DNA of 64,000 bases from Leucoraja ocellata (lineage: Eukaryota). Under the pieces are notes generated by a model that worked only from the letters and a program-made list of their open reading frames with translations, had not been told where the DNA came from and made no database searches. Numbering within the stretch: the stretch's first letter is position 1; each line of letters starts with the position of its first letter. The position numbers and the translations under genes were made by a program. This document shows positions 37,789 to 51,339 of the stretch, one piece after another. The stretch is from NCBI GenBank assembly GCA_036785375.1, contig JAWMAR010000329.1, positions 2,046,001 to 2,110,000 on the forward strand, given 5' to 3'.

Positions 37789-37988
37789 AGTCAAAGTGGG
37801 CTCGTGCTAATCAGGCAATAACACAGAGGCAACAAAAACTTGAAGAGTCAGCAGATCTTCTTTCAACTTTCCAGAGCACAGAATCACAGCTCAGTCCATG
37901 GTTATCAGAGAAAGAATTAATGATGAGTGTACTGGGTCCTCTATCGATCGATCCAAACATGCTGCATGCTCAGAAACAACAAGTGCAG
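37789..37988 (+). CDS. MACF1: MACF1 exon (ESKW...[27 protein letters not shown]), phase 1-0
   Basis: TTTTTTAG acceptor, CAG|GTAAT donor. Near-invariant spectraplakin motif. Confidence 0.96.
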
Positions 37989-38934
37989 GTAATATTTTGT
38001 TTAATCAAAAACTTTGAGAACTAAGAATTCCTTTGGTTTGTACTTTGACTTTTAACTGCAGCTAAAGGTAAAAAGTAGAGTTGAAGCATTTGCAAACTTC
38101 AAATATGGATTTAGAAAGCACATTTTGTAATTCATGAAAATAATTTGTCAGTGTTTCTGTACACAATATGCCTCAAGTGAAGTATGATAGCAATGTTCAT
38201 TGTTGGAGTTGGCTTTGTAACCTGAAGCTAGAAACTGCAATGACCTTAGCAGTTACCTTTGTCTCAAAAGCCAACCTGCTCCACCTGCAAATGTTGGTGA
38301 TCAGTATAGGATCTACAGAATAAGTCCAAAATCAATGGCCAACATGGACTCAGTGGGCCAAATGGCCTGTTTCCAGGGTGTACTTTTCAAATCAATTCAA
38401 TACTTGTTTCGGAAAACTACTTCAACACTTTTTTCCTACACCTGGATCCAGATATACAGCATTGTGACCATTCTTCAGACTCTGTACAAGGCTCCCGACC
38501 TGAAAAGTCACCTATCCATATTCTCCAGGGATGCAACCTGACCCGCTGAGTTACTCCAGCACTTTGTATCTTTTTTATAAACCAGCTTCTGCAGTTCGTT
38601 GGTTCCACATGTCCACACGTAACTGGGCTAAATAGAGGTCCTATCCTAATCTGCATCACCTCCTTCAGCAAGACAACCTTATCTAGAACACCATCAACTC
38701 CTAAACCTGGAGTCCTCTCCAGTTATACATCACTTCCAGCTGTCAATGGAAACTAATACAAATGTAATTCATAGTGGTACAAATTAGCAATAATCTCTCT
38801 TTTTAGAGCAGGAGTCACGGTGTTAGTTACTTTTAGGTAGCTTTTACAGATGCACTGCATTGTTGAAATGGCTGGAGCTCAATGTAGGATAACAGCACAA
38901 TCTTTGTTCTGCAAATATTAAATATCCATGTTTT

Positions 38935-39215
38935 TTTAGAGATACAGCACAGAAACAGGCCCACCAAATTAGTGCCGACCAGCGATCACCCCATACACTA
39001 ACACTACCCTACACAGTAGAGACAAATTTTCACCAAAGCTAATTAACCAACAAACCTGTTGGCCTTTGGAGTGAGGAAGGAAAACTGAGCACTCGGTGAA
39101 AACTCACTCGGTCATGGGGAGAACGTACAAACTCTGTACAGACAGCACCCATTGTCAGGATCGGACCTGGGCCACTGCCGCTGCAAGGCAACAGCTCTAC
39201 CGCTGTGCCACTGTG
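38935..39215 (-). mobile_element. tRNA-derived SINE
   Basis: Same family, near full length. Confidence 0.85.
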
Positions 39216-39446
39216 TAGCCCTCTTGGTTGCCCAAAGACATTTTTGTAACCTTCCTCCTCCCCATACTTGCTACATACCTTTGGCACAAGGATAAATGGA
39301 TATTTCCCCAAGACAGAATCATTTTTTCGAATAAACACATTTCTAACCCAAGATGATGTACCACTGTGCTACAGAAGATTAAATATGAGATTGTTCCCAG
39401 TATAGTATCTCTAATTGAAGTTTTTGTTTTGTTTTGTTTACGACAG

Positions 39447-39942
39447 TTCATGCTGAAGGAGTTTGAGACCCGCAAACCGCAATACGAACAACTTAACCAG
39501 GCAGCGCAGGGCATACTCTGTGCTCCCGATGATGTGTCTCCGTCTGACAGCCACGTGAGAGACCAGCACAGAGCCATCAACGACAAGTGGGAGAACCTCA
39601 CGCATCAGCTCAGCAGCCGTTCCAATCAGATTGATCAAGCCACCGCCAAGAGTACTGAGTACCACGAGTTACTGCAGCGGCTCAGCGACAGAGTCGGGAT
39701 CCTCAACCATAAACTAAACAGTCAGTCGGTGATCAGCACACAGCCCGACATTGTCAAACAGCAGCTCGAAGAAATCAGTGAGATCCGTTCAGATTTAGAA
39801 CAGCAGAAGGAACAGATTGAAGAAGCTCAGAATCTCTGCGATGACCTCTCCTCCCTCATCGGTGAACAGTATTTGAAGGATGAGCTTCGTAAGCGGCTAG
39901 ATGCGGTCTTGCTGCCATTTAATGGTCTCGAGGAGCGAGCAG
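39447..39942 (+). CDS. MACF1: MACF1 exon (FMLKEFETR...LIGEQYLKDELRKRL...EERA), phase 0-1
   Basis: GACAG acceptor, CAG|GTTGG donor, 496 nt. LIGEQYLKDEL matches MACF1. Confidence 0.96.
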
Positions 39943-40359
39943 GTTGGTATAGATACTGCAGATCTGTTTGTGTTATGCCAGAGGAACAAGATTATAATGT
40001 GATTTTGAGCTTCGTTAATCAATCACATCAGATGAAGGCTTCTGTAATTTTTCACGCAGTGGCCTTTTATTTCAGGGACAATCCACTCTCCCATCAATTT
40101 ATAACTAAAGCCTTGTACTAAAGAACTTACCTGATATATTTCTAATGGACCAAACCACTTAGAGCTTGTACAATCTAATCTCTTTCCACAATTGTTTTTA
40201 GTTTTAGCTCCTGCAATTGCTATTTCAGATTTGCTCCCTTTTTAATCTTCTGCTTAGAAAGTTCATATTTATGAGTTAAATCCTCTTGCCAAAACTTAGA
40301 TACACTAGCGTGTGATCCTTGAGGATGGGAGTCAACAAACTGAGTAGCAGTGGGGCACA

Positions 40360-40575
40360 AATTGCTGGAGTAACTGGATGAGGCAGTATCTCTGGAGAAC
40401 GTGGATAGGCGATATTTTGTGCCAGGACCCTTCTTCAGACTCTTGTGCCCGAAGAAGGGCCCCAACCTGAAACATCACCTCTCCATGTTCTCAAGAGATG
40501 CTGCCTGACATGATGAGTTACTCCGGCACTCTGTGTTCTTTTGTGTAAACCAGCATGCACAGCTCCTTGTTTCAA
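40360..40575. repeat. Penelope-terminal-repeat fold-back
   Basis: Same family, inverted arms around 40445. Confidence 0.75.
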
Positions 40576-41625
40576 CATTTTGACTGTACTTCAGTGGAGA
40601 GCTTTGCTCTGAAAACCTATCCTATCGTGATTTAACCTCCATGAACATTGGCTCGCAAGTGTGGTCACTTGACAAAGCAAAGACGAGAATCTGGTTCTAT
40701 TCTCCCCCTTCGTAGCATAGACACACTGAGGTATGTTTATTATCCCAATCACTCCCCAGGTAATACGAGTTAAATTAGTCCATCTTCTGATTTGAACCTC
40801 AGATGTATTTATCTGGTGGCATTAATTAAGAATCCTTAAATTGGGATTTTTGAACTGTTGACTTTATTTATATTTGAACTTTAGCTTGTAAGGAAGTTAA
40901 TGTAAACAGCTGCAGATAAACTGTACATTCCCAGGTTAAAAACCTCATTCATAACATTCAAGGAGAAATCGAAGCAATTTGGTAAAGAATATATTTAAAA
41001 TTAGTAAATGTTCATAACTGTCCTCATTGCATGTGCAATGCTAAAATAGTTGAAGGACATTATAACCACACAATACACACATCTGCCTTCAGCCACATGT
41101 GAATTTTCTGTCAAATGGTATGTATCACAATGGAGGGAAAATGTAAAGCTTCTGTGCCAAACATTGAGAATGCTTGCAACAAAAGTGCAACAAAATTCCA
41201 TTTACTGATTATTAGTTTTAATCCAAAGTTTAGTCTTAACTTTTTCCAAGTTATTTATGATAAATCAATGGTCTACAGGCATCAAAAGCCTTGAAGTTAT
41301 AATCTACGATACATATTATTATAAAGTCAAAATAGGGCTTGGTCTTTTGGATCATAAAAAGCTTATTTTTTTGGCTTCCACAGCTTTGGGTTATTCAGTA
41401 TTTCATTGTTTACAAATGTGAGAAGTAGTGGTCAGCTTGTCTGTAAATATTAACTAAACATTGTATTCCGAAGATTAGTTTTGGTTACAGATTGCAGTGC
41501 TTTAGAAAATATACTCTTACATCTATAGTTTGGCGAATTGGAGGAATACTACCGATTCAGAGTTAATGATGAAGCAATAGTATTAGTTATGACACGACAT
41601 GCCTTTAATGATTTGTCATCTCCAG

Positions 41626-43097
41626 GTGATCGCATAAATCAACTACAAACAACTCTGGCCAGTTCGCAGCAGTTTCAACAAACCTTTGACGAGCTCAGGC
41701 TGTGGCTGGATGAGAAATGCAGCGAGCATTCAAGGAAATCTCCCGTGTCTGCAAACCTTGACATTTTACAATCTCAAATCAGTGAACAGGAGGAGTTCCA
41801 AAAAAGCCTGAATCAGCATTCGGGCTCCTATGAGATGATCTTGGGTGAAGGAGAGTCTCTGGTCCGTAGTGCTCAGACAGGTGAAGAAAAGACGAATCTT
41901 CAGAGTCAATTGTCGACTCTTAAAGGGCAGTGGGATGAGCTCTGGAAGCAGGCAGCAGGTAGATATTCGAAACTCAAAGACTGTGTTCAAAAAGCACAGA
42001 AGTACAGGCAGTACATGGAAGAGCTGCTCCCATGGATAGAAGAATGTGAATTTAAAGTGGAAGAACTGGGGATCACCATTGATCCAGCACAACTGAACTC
42101 CTCCTTAGCTAACGCAAAGGATCTACAACATGATGTGGAAAAACATCGCTCGCCGCTGGAAATGATGAACACTGCCGCTGACATCCTTGTAGATTCCTGT
42201 CAGGTGGATGAAGAAGATATTAGGGATGAAAAAACGGACATAAACCAGAGGATGGACATCGTTACAGAACGACTTCAAGCCAAAAGTGAATCAATTGAAG
42301 AAATGGCCCAAAGGTTAAAAGAATTCCAGGATTCCCTGAAAAGCATTCAAATGAAGCTTGATGGCACTAAACAGCAGCTTGAAATATACGATGCTCTTGG
42401 ATCACAGGCCTACAGCAATAAGAACTTGGAAAAGTTGAGGACTCGTCAGGAATCGCTTCAGATCTTGGAGTCGCAGGTAGACTATCTGAGAGACCTGGCT
42501 CAAGGACTGGCAGAAGATGCCCCTGATGGTGCAGATTCATCACGGCTCCTCCAGCAAGCAGAGTTAGTTCAGCAAGAATATGGCAGTGTAAAAGAGAGAG
42601 TGAATGAAAGTTGTTTGGCGATGGAAAATAGACTTCAGGGAATCGGACATTTCCAGAACCATATTCGGGAAATGTTTTCACATCTTGCAGACTTGGATGA
42701 CGAATTGGACAGCATGAGTCCCATTGGGAGAGACCTAGACAGTCTGCAGTCACAGATTGATGACATTAAGCAGTTTATCAGCAAACTTAAAGAATTAAAG
42801 AAAGATATTGAAAGTTCAGAAGAAAAATGCAAACAAATGCTGGAGGAGGAAGGCAGTCCAGATCTTCAGGGGCTGAAACGAGAACTTGAAGCCTTGAATA
42901 AACAATGTGGTAAACTGCTTGAACGTGGAAGGAACCGGCAAGAGCAAGTGGAGATGACTGTGGGACGTGTTGAAGACTTTTATGAGAAACTCAGAGAATT
43001 AAATAACCTTCTAACCAAAACTGAAGAGGGCGAGGAATTGCAAGGAAACGTGGGCACAGAAGTTGACGTTATCAATCAACAGCTGGCCAACTTTAAG
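41626..43097 (+). CDS. MACF1: MACF1 1472-nt spectrin-repeat exon (DRINQLQ...INQQLANFK), phase 1-0
   Basis: TCCAG acceptor, AAG|GTAAG donor. Motifs SLNQHSGSYE, DALGSQA, GLKRELEALNKQCGKL match MACF1. Confidence 0.97.
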
Positions 43098-44179
43098 GTA
43101 AGATTTGTTTAACTCTGCCTAGGGGCACTTACAGTCCTTGAACTTCTTTGAACAAAGTGATGAACAAATTCAAACTTTATTTAAAGCTTTTTAATTGTTT
43201 GAACTGTTATTCAAATATGCCCTTTTATTCCTGCAACTGTCAGAATTTAAGCCTCATTTGCTTTGATGATGAGTTTGAGCTTTAGTTTTTGTGGCCGTGT
43301 GTGCAATGAATATTATTAAACCTCTCAAAACTAGATCTTCTAGTTAGCTGGATCTTCAGGTCTAGGTGTTGTGAGTTGCTTATATAACAGGGACAGGAGC
43401 ATTCACAAGCATCAAATGGTCTCCTGTGCCAATAGAATCACAGAAAGTTGTGAATAAAAACAATTCCAGTTTTTAACCATTGCAATTTTAGGAATGATTA
43501 GGCCCCAAGTAAATAGAACTACAAAAATGCCTGAAAGAGTATAAAAGACCCATCAGCCATTGCTTGCTCCTGACAGTAATTTTACTTAAGATAGACACAA
43601 AGTGCTGGAGTAACTCAGCGGTTCAGCAGCATCTCTGGAGAAAAAGGATGGGTGACATTTCGGGTCATGACCCTTCTTCAGTTTTACTTTGTCTACTACT
43701 TTGCCTTTTGTTCACTAAATGCTCCGTATTATCATAATTTAAGGAAAAGCTTGCATTACCTTTTCAATGAAACATTCTAGATCATGATATCTATACGTTA
43801 AATAATTTTCTGCTATCTCCTTTAAGCCCTTTCTGTCCGAAGGAGTGCTAAACTAGGTTAGAATACATCTTGAATTTGCACACAGCTGTAAGCTGCCACT
43901 TGGACTAATATAGTGGTAACAAATCTAAAGGATACAAGTACCACACATCTCCAATGACCAAAGATACATTGTTCTGCTAAAAGTGAGCACTTGGGGTGGG
44001 GATTAAGGTTGTCGGGTCCACCACCTGCTACTCTCAGAAAAACGGCGGAGTTGTCGGGAAGAGCGTTTTGACGTCACATCTTAACTGTTTGGGAATCAAC
44101 AGCAGCTCCCCAGGAATTGACCTTTAAACCAAGGCAGAAGCTGCCCTCCATTTTCTACAGAAGGCCAGCTGTTAACCAC

Positions 44180-44475
44180 ATAACCATATAACAATGACAG
44201 CACGGAAAACAGGCCATCTCGGCCCTTCAAGTCCGTGCCGAACACTTATTTTCCCCTAGTCCCATCTACCTGCACTCAGACCTTAACCCTCCATTCCTTT
44301 CCCGTCCATATACCTATCCAATTTATTTTTAAATGATAAAATCAAACCTGCCTCCACCACTTCCACTGGAAGCTCATTCCACACAGCTACCACTCTCTGA
44401 GTAAAGAAGTTCCCCATCATGTTACCCATAAACTTCTGTCCCTTAATTCTCAAGTCATGTCCTCTTGTTTGAATC
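44180..44475 (-). mobile_element. CR1 LINE 3' end
   Basis: TRGHDLRIKG...NFFTQRVVAVWNELP on the minus strand. Confidence 0.9.
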
Positions 44476-46879
44476 TTGTTAAAATGAGATTGAAGACCAT
44501 ATACGCAATAGAAGATTTGTAAAAAATCAACGTTATTCATGCATTGCTCATCAACTAATGTTACTGCCCAGTATATACTAATGTGTCATATATACTTAGA
44601 ACAACTTCTGTAAGCAAGAAATGCCTCTATGGGTTCCCAATTACATTGTAGAAATTATTCACATAAAATCCCATCGTATCTCACAAACGTTTGATCTCCT
44701 GTTAGAATTTCTATACCCTAACTTTTCCAACTATTCCTCATTGATTCTCATCTCAGTTAACATTTTGGTAAACCAGCTCTCCCATCTTCACTTTCTTGTT
44801 TTGTTTATTAGTTGGATAAATGCGCAAAAGAAATGGCTTCAAAGATACTGTGCTAATAATAACACATATCTCAAATGAGAACTCTTAAAGTATTATTGAG
44901 ATTCCTTAGTCTAAATCGTTGTTTGTGTGAACCTTGGGAAAAAAATGGATGATGCGGACATATTACGCCAAACACTTCCATTACCTGATGAAAATTGCAT
45001 TAATTCCATTAATGAGCAACTGGCCTGAGCTAGCTTGTTATTCTGTTTTTAAAATAGCGCGCAGAATCTGTCACCTGTCTTCAGCTATTTGTGTTCCTCC
45101 CCAATTCTTGACATAGCAGTCAGTGTCTGGAGTTGTACAGCTCTACGCCTGTTGTCTCAGGACCCCGCCCTATTGAAGCATGGCCTGCCTTGAATATCAT
45201 GGCTTTTCTATTTTTAAGAAGTGATGCAGAGTAGAGAGCATTTAACAGCCGCCTTAATGGCTCCATTCTTAAAAGATTCGATCCACCCATAATTGAAGTG
45301 ATCTAAAACCTATGTTGTTTTAATTGTGGGATTTTCCCTCTCACAGCCTTTTTTGTTTAGATCATTCATTGCCCTTATGCTGCCCTTTGTGTAGGCACTC
45401 CCCGAGGAATGCATCCACAGGTGTAATTGCTCTTCAGTGTCTGCACATGTTGAACCCCAGACAGTGATTGTTAGCAGGCTATTAGAGTGCATGGCACGTC
45501 ACAATCTGAACTAACCTGAAATCAGGATATTTGCCCCCATTGTAGGATCACTGAATAACTATATTTTGGGCAACATTATCTGTTTATTTTCCCTTCCTTG
45601 AACCATGCAAGTCAACCCCATCTGTAGAGTCCATTGAGTGGATGAAATAGAACAGTACAGAACATGAAAAGGCCCAATTTATTTCAGAATGCAGATTAAA
45701 ATGGCATTTTTGCAAACAACATGCATTTCTTAGAACATAATGTCACCAGAACTCTGAATTTTAAAAGAAACCCCATGCTTGTGGTTTTTTTCAGGCTTCA
45801 TTTAATCTAGCTAGGAATTACCACTCAATTTCATCATTAAAATAATCAATCATGCACATTTACTTCAAACCACCCACAAAGGCAGGTTGAAGTTTCTAAC
45901 ATCTCAGTTTACAATTGAGCCTTAATAATCACTTTCTCATCTGAAAGGCAATTTTAAAATAATGAAAATAATTGATAATTGGTTGTTTTGATCAAAAATA
46001 GTTGTGTGATTGCACAGAAAAATAGTTTAATTTTATAACTTAATGTAGCCTCTTTTTTCATGTTCATTGTCTGCTCAATCAAACACTTAGTGTCTTAAAT
46101 AAAGTATTACTTGCTAAAATAATTACTCTAGATTGTTAAGGTTCACCTCTGTGGCAGGCAAAATATTCCTTTATACTATTTTCACTTGAGAAAATGATCT
46201 TGTATAACTTGGGAAGTAAGTTAATAGTTAAAATAAATATTTTTATTAACCTTGGTTCATTTGGTTTTACCATTGTTAGAAAGTATTTGAAGAGAATGAC
46301 TTATCTTTTTAGGTTGTGATGCCTGTAGATAAAGCAACAATTTATCATGAATACATATGTTCTTCAGAGACGTCAATTTACCAACATTTCAAAATTGCCC
46401 TCATACAATTTATCTTTTTTACAATAATCCATTACTTTACATATATTTTGTATTTAAGTGGCTTCTCGCGGAGTATTTTATTCCATGTAACATTTCCTCT
46501 TACTGTTTCTTTGTTTATGGCACAAAAACTTGCTTTAAAACCTTATACTTGTTAATAGTGTCACAAATATTCAGCTGCGGATCAGTACACAAAAGCCATA
46601 CCAGCTTATAAATAGAAATGTTATGAAAATAACTGCCTTGACATGTTGATGCAGTGCAGGAGTTGTATTCTACTTTCAAATGTAACTTCATAACAGCAGT
46701 CGCTATTGTTGTGTGAAGTTGTTCAGTGATGCCTTCAGCCAGTTTATCGGTGATCAGTCATCCATGTCGCACCATGTGAGGTGAAGTTAAACTCTCTACA
46801 TTTACTATATTGTGGTGTCACCTCTTATAAACAGTGCAGGGCAGAGGATTAAACTGCTTTGGCAGCCTATGTGGCTTAG

Positions 46880-47175
46880 TGTAGTTTAGATATACAGCAT
46901 GGAAACAGGCCCTTCAGCCTACCAAGTCCATGCTGACCAGTGATCACCCATACATTAGTTCTATCCTCCTCAATTGGAACAATTTGCAGAATCCAATTAA
47001 CTTATAAACCTGCATGTCTTTGGAACGTGAGAGGAAACTGGAGCACCAGGAGAAAGATACCCTTGTGGCCACAGGGAGAAAGGACAAACTCTATACAGAA
47101 AGCACCCGTTGTCAGGATGGAACATGGTTCTCTGGCACTGTAAGGCAGCAACTCTACCGCTGCGCCACTGTGCTG
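46880..47175 (-). mobile_element. tRNA-derived SINE
   Basis: Same family, near full length. Confidence 0.85.
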
Positions 47176-47414
47176 TTTCCAAATAGTAATGTTTCTGCAG
47201 ATCATTCCAGTCATCTGCAAAACATTTGTCTATTTATTCATGGTGTTCTACAGTAAACAGTTTGACATGCGGACTTGGGCTTATTTTAGTTTTTCAAATC
47301 CTTAGAAGGATTAAACTAGCTAATCAGGAATGTTAGGTATTTATCGCAAATATACATAATACATATTGTCACTTCTAAAGCCCCAAAGATTAAATCTTGG
47401 CCCTCTCTTTTCGA

Positions 47415-47745
47415 GTCATACAGTTTGGAAACGCCCTTCGGCCTAACTTGCCGACGCTGACCAACATGTCCCATCTACACTAGTCCCACCTGCCTGCATT
47501 TGGCCCATATCCCTCTAAACCTGGCTTGTATATGTACCTGTCTAATTGCTTCTTAAATAATGTGGTAATCCCTACTTCAACCACCACCTCCGGCAGCTCG
47601 TTCCATACACCCACTACCAATTGTGTGAAAAAGTTACCCCTCGGATTCCTATAAAATATTTCTCCCTTCACCTTAAATCCAAGGCCTCGTGTTCTCGATT
47701 GCCCCATTCTGGGTGAGACTCTGTGTCTTTCCGATCTATTCCTCT
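47415..47745 (-). mobile_element. CR1 LINE 3' end
   Basis: SRTRG...NFFTQLVVGVWNELP on the minus strand. Confidence 0.88.
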
Positions 47746-50700
47746 AATGATTTTATCCGCTTTTGTGTGTACATGCATTCTAATAAGTGCTGGATGTCAG
47801 TCAATTCCTTCAGGCCACACCCTTGTTTCTGGTTACATCCTTTATCCACCTGCCCTCCAACCCCATCCTACAAGGGAAACCATGTCTATGCAAAACTTTG
47901 GGATTACCTGCACCTTATCGTCTCCCTGCCCTCTTTGTTAAATCTGCCCTCGGTATGTTTCATCTTCAAATCTTTAAATCTGTGGATCACCGTTCATTTC
48001 GGGAATCAGACCAGTGCTCTGGTATATTACATTACTTCATAGTGCCAGATTGATAGAGCATGGCAACAGGCCTTCTATCTTGCCAAGTTTACTCCGGCTG
48101 GAAACCTCCCTGATAGACTAACCCTAAACAACCTACTTTATTCTCCACTCTTTCCCATTGCTCAGCTTCTACCACTAAGCTGCACATTACAACATTAACC
48201 TACAAAATCACACGGGTAATCAGAACACTCAATGGAAACCCATGTTATCACTAAGGAGAGCATGAAACCTCCGCATAGACAGCACTATCGTTAAGACCAA
48301 GCTAATCAAGCTTTGAGGCAACAAATCTTTTCTCCGTGCTGCGCTGGTTCTGCTTTCGATCTTTTTCCATATTTACTGGTATGCAGGCGGACGATCAAGC
48401 CCGAAGGGAAACTGAAATATTAGGAATGAAATGTTCATTATGGTTTGGAATTTTAAAAATTACTTAGCCTGTCCTTAATCCGTCTTAGGACACGTTTTTT
48501 GATAGCTGCGGGTACTGAAATGGTGTGCTGCCTTTGGGTTTTAACGCATAGTGGTTAAGAGGATGCATTTTTGTGGGCTGAAGTGGAGAGATCAAATCTT
48601 ACTTTTAATTATCCCCACATGATGTAATGTTTAACCATCTGAAGGAATGTTGAATTGTAAGTCATTTGTATAATCAACTGGTGATTTCAAAGTGAGCAAG
48701 GCGAGTGACGCATCTCCATTTACATTTTACTATGTGTGAGTGGAAAGTGGAATTTTAATAATAAGCATTGTAACCGTAGTGTTTATGTTTGCTGAAGGGT
48801 TTTGGAATCTGATATAATAGGTCATAAAATAGATTTTTTTTTTAAATTTAAAGAGGATTTGGGATAGACATCTGTGCCTTCCTCTCTGGTTCTCTGCCGT
48901 ATATTCTACTAAGAAGACATTGATATTCGTGTATATTAACGTATAAAATTCTGCATCTAACATATTTAGCTTTGCTAAAAGGCGACAGACTGTATTTTTC
49001 AATGAGCTATCAACTGAATATTAAAACAGATAGGGTTCGCGAGCAATTGGAATACCGCTTCGACCTGGGGTGGTGATTCCAATTAGGTGTTACCTCCAGA
49101 TTCATTTTTGTCACTGTTACTGCTGTGCTTATGTCCCATTGTTCCACTGTTAAGAAAAAGAATGCTGAGGCAATTCAATCACTCCCAACCATTTCAACTA
49201 CCACTAAAACTGTGTGTAAAAGTGAGCATTTAGAGATGAAGTGATTTTTAATGCTTATGTGTCTGAACCTGGGAGGGTCAGTGAAAGATTAACTCACCAT
49301 TTTAAAGCCCATTTTAGAGGCATTGCGCAGAATCGCACTCAGCCTATAAGCATCTGATACCTAACTTTTTATAGATTGGCTGCTGTGGTTAGAAATAGCA
49401 ATGCAAAGAATTTTTTTGCATCATGAATCAGAAAATACATACCCATCATATTTTTCAAGAGCACCTTAAAATATTATATTCTGACTGCCTGCCATCGCCA
49501 AAAACGTTGTACGTTTCTTTGGCGCACTCTTTGCACGATGCTTCATTGAGCAATGACGTTGGTGGCTTCAGTTTGCTTTAGAATACATCAGACCAATTCC
49601 CATGATCAGCAGTTCCCAATGTTATTATTTCTCAGTGCAACTTGTTTCCACTGCATTCAGTAGAGTCTGCGGATAAAGGAGAATTTCTCAAATCAGATGC
49701 TGTTCCCAATTTGACTATATTGGTGTTATAATATCATTCCATTTTTAATCCAATCTTTATTTGTACATCTACTAATGTGTGACTGTCCATGGTTGTATTA
49801 ACCACCTCAAAATATTACCCTTCAAGGATCATCTTTTTCGTGAATAGTATCCAACAGTTCATACAGATCAATAGTTACAAGATTATCAATGAATTTAGAT
49901 ATGATCATGATATTTACTCTGAATATTCAAATGGCCGTAGGTGTTTTGATGCTGTGTGTAATGCAAGTCATACTAACTGAGTTGAAATTAGCATTTGGAA
50001 ACTAACCTTCCATAGTTCCACAATGGGCTTGTGTGACTTATAACAGCTTAAAAGTGTTAATAATGTCCATTTGAAAACACCATGCAATGAAATGAACATG
50101 GATTTAATGTCGTCCTTTCTGTGTTTGAGGTTATTCTGACTGCAGGGAATTGTCTCGTTGTACAATGGCCTAAATGCAGGACAAATTCTGATCTCATCAC
50201 TTGTGCACCTGGTTTCACTGTTTATTGTGAACAAATTAATGACTTTTTGCACGGCTGCTTTCAGTCTTGCTTTTAAAGGCATGGCTGCCTTTAATAGCAG
50301 ATTTATATGCTTGTAATGTAAAGTTCCTCCTTTAAAGGTAATTTCTTTATATTTCAAGTTTCTTACGTAAAATTCATCGAGAGATCTTGGTGTTGTGGCA
50401 ATCTGCTGTTGAAATGTGGAGCAAGCTATTAATAAGTTACGATGCCAAGGTGCACTCTTGTTGACCTTTCTACAAGTCTTGGTGTTAACGTGTTTTTCTG
50501 CATGACAGACTCTGCTCGCTTACGAGTCTGATATCCCCACCTTCACTTGGTGGATTAAATTACCGACTGGCAGACAAAAAAGCAAGCAGTGGTATTCTAA
50601 TTTCCTTGTAACTGTTGAAAATTCTTGAATCCAGACATGGCAACATTTGTGCACACTTTAAAACTAGGGAGATAATTGCACTGTAGAACATTGATTTAAT

Positions 50701-51339
50701 GGCTTTCGTGTCAAGCCTCTAATAAGCAAAGGGCCAAACAAATGCAGTAAAGATGCTGAACAAATATTGTTGTAAATTAAGTAAAAATGAATTATTTCCT
50801 TAATTGAAAAAAAAATCCGTGCAGTGGTTTAAACGTCCAATAAATGAAGAAAGCATGTGTAGGAAGGAACTGCAGATGCTGGTTTACACTGAAGTTAGAC
50901 ACAAAATGCTGGAGTAACTCAGCAGGACAGGCAGCATCTCTGGATAGAAGGAATGGATGATGTTTTGGTCTCGACCCAAAACGTCACCCCTTCCTATCCA
51001 TGATGTCTGTCCTGCTGATTTTCTCCAACATTTTGTGTCATTCTTAAATGATGAAAGCTTGTTCTTCCTCTTTGATGTTACTGCAAAAAAATCAAATGAT
51101 TCCTTCCCATCCACTATGCTGTTCGGAAATGGTTATCTGTAGTTCATTCAGTAACTTAATAAATAAATATAATCACTCGGTGTATCACTTTACTATACGT
51201 CACAGATGCAAACAACCCTAGAACATGTTCCAATGATTGATCAATAAATTCATCTTGGGGACAGCATTGACTGGAATTAGCTGCAGAATCCTGAGCAAAA
51301 TAAATGTTTGCCATGCTTCCCACTTCCTCTTCTAAAGCA

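Noticed and set aside
41538-41625. ORF-track starts at 41538 and 39366 as real N-termini
   Set aside because: These are intronic run-ins with non-ATG starts. Homology begins exactly at the AG acceptors (41626, 39447).
41766-42832. Antisense ORFs over MACF1 exons and over the 56.6-60.2 kb ORF
   Set aside because: Short shadows of the sense coding frame with no recognisable domains.
3115-43097. Calling the gene dystonin (DST/BPAG1)
   Set aside because: LIGEQYLKDEL, SLNQHSGSYE, GLKRELEALNKQCGKL, the NGYH cassette and the nested KIAA0754-like exon fit MACF1 better as recalled. A phylogeny would settle it.
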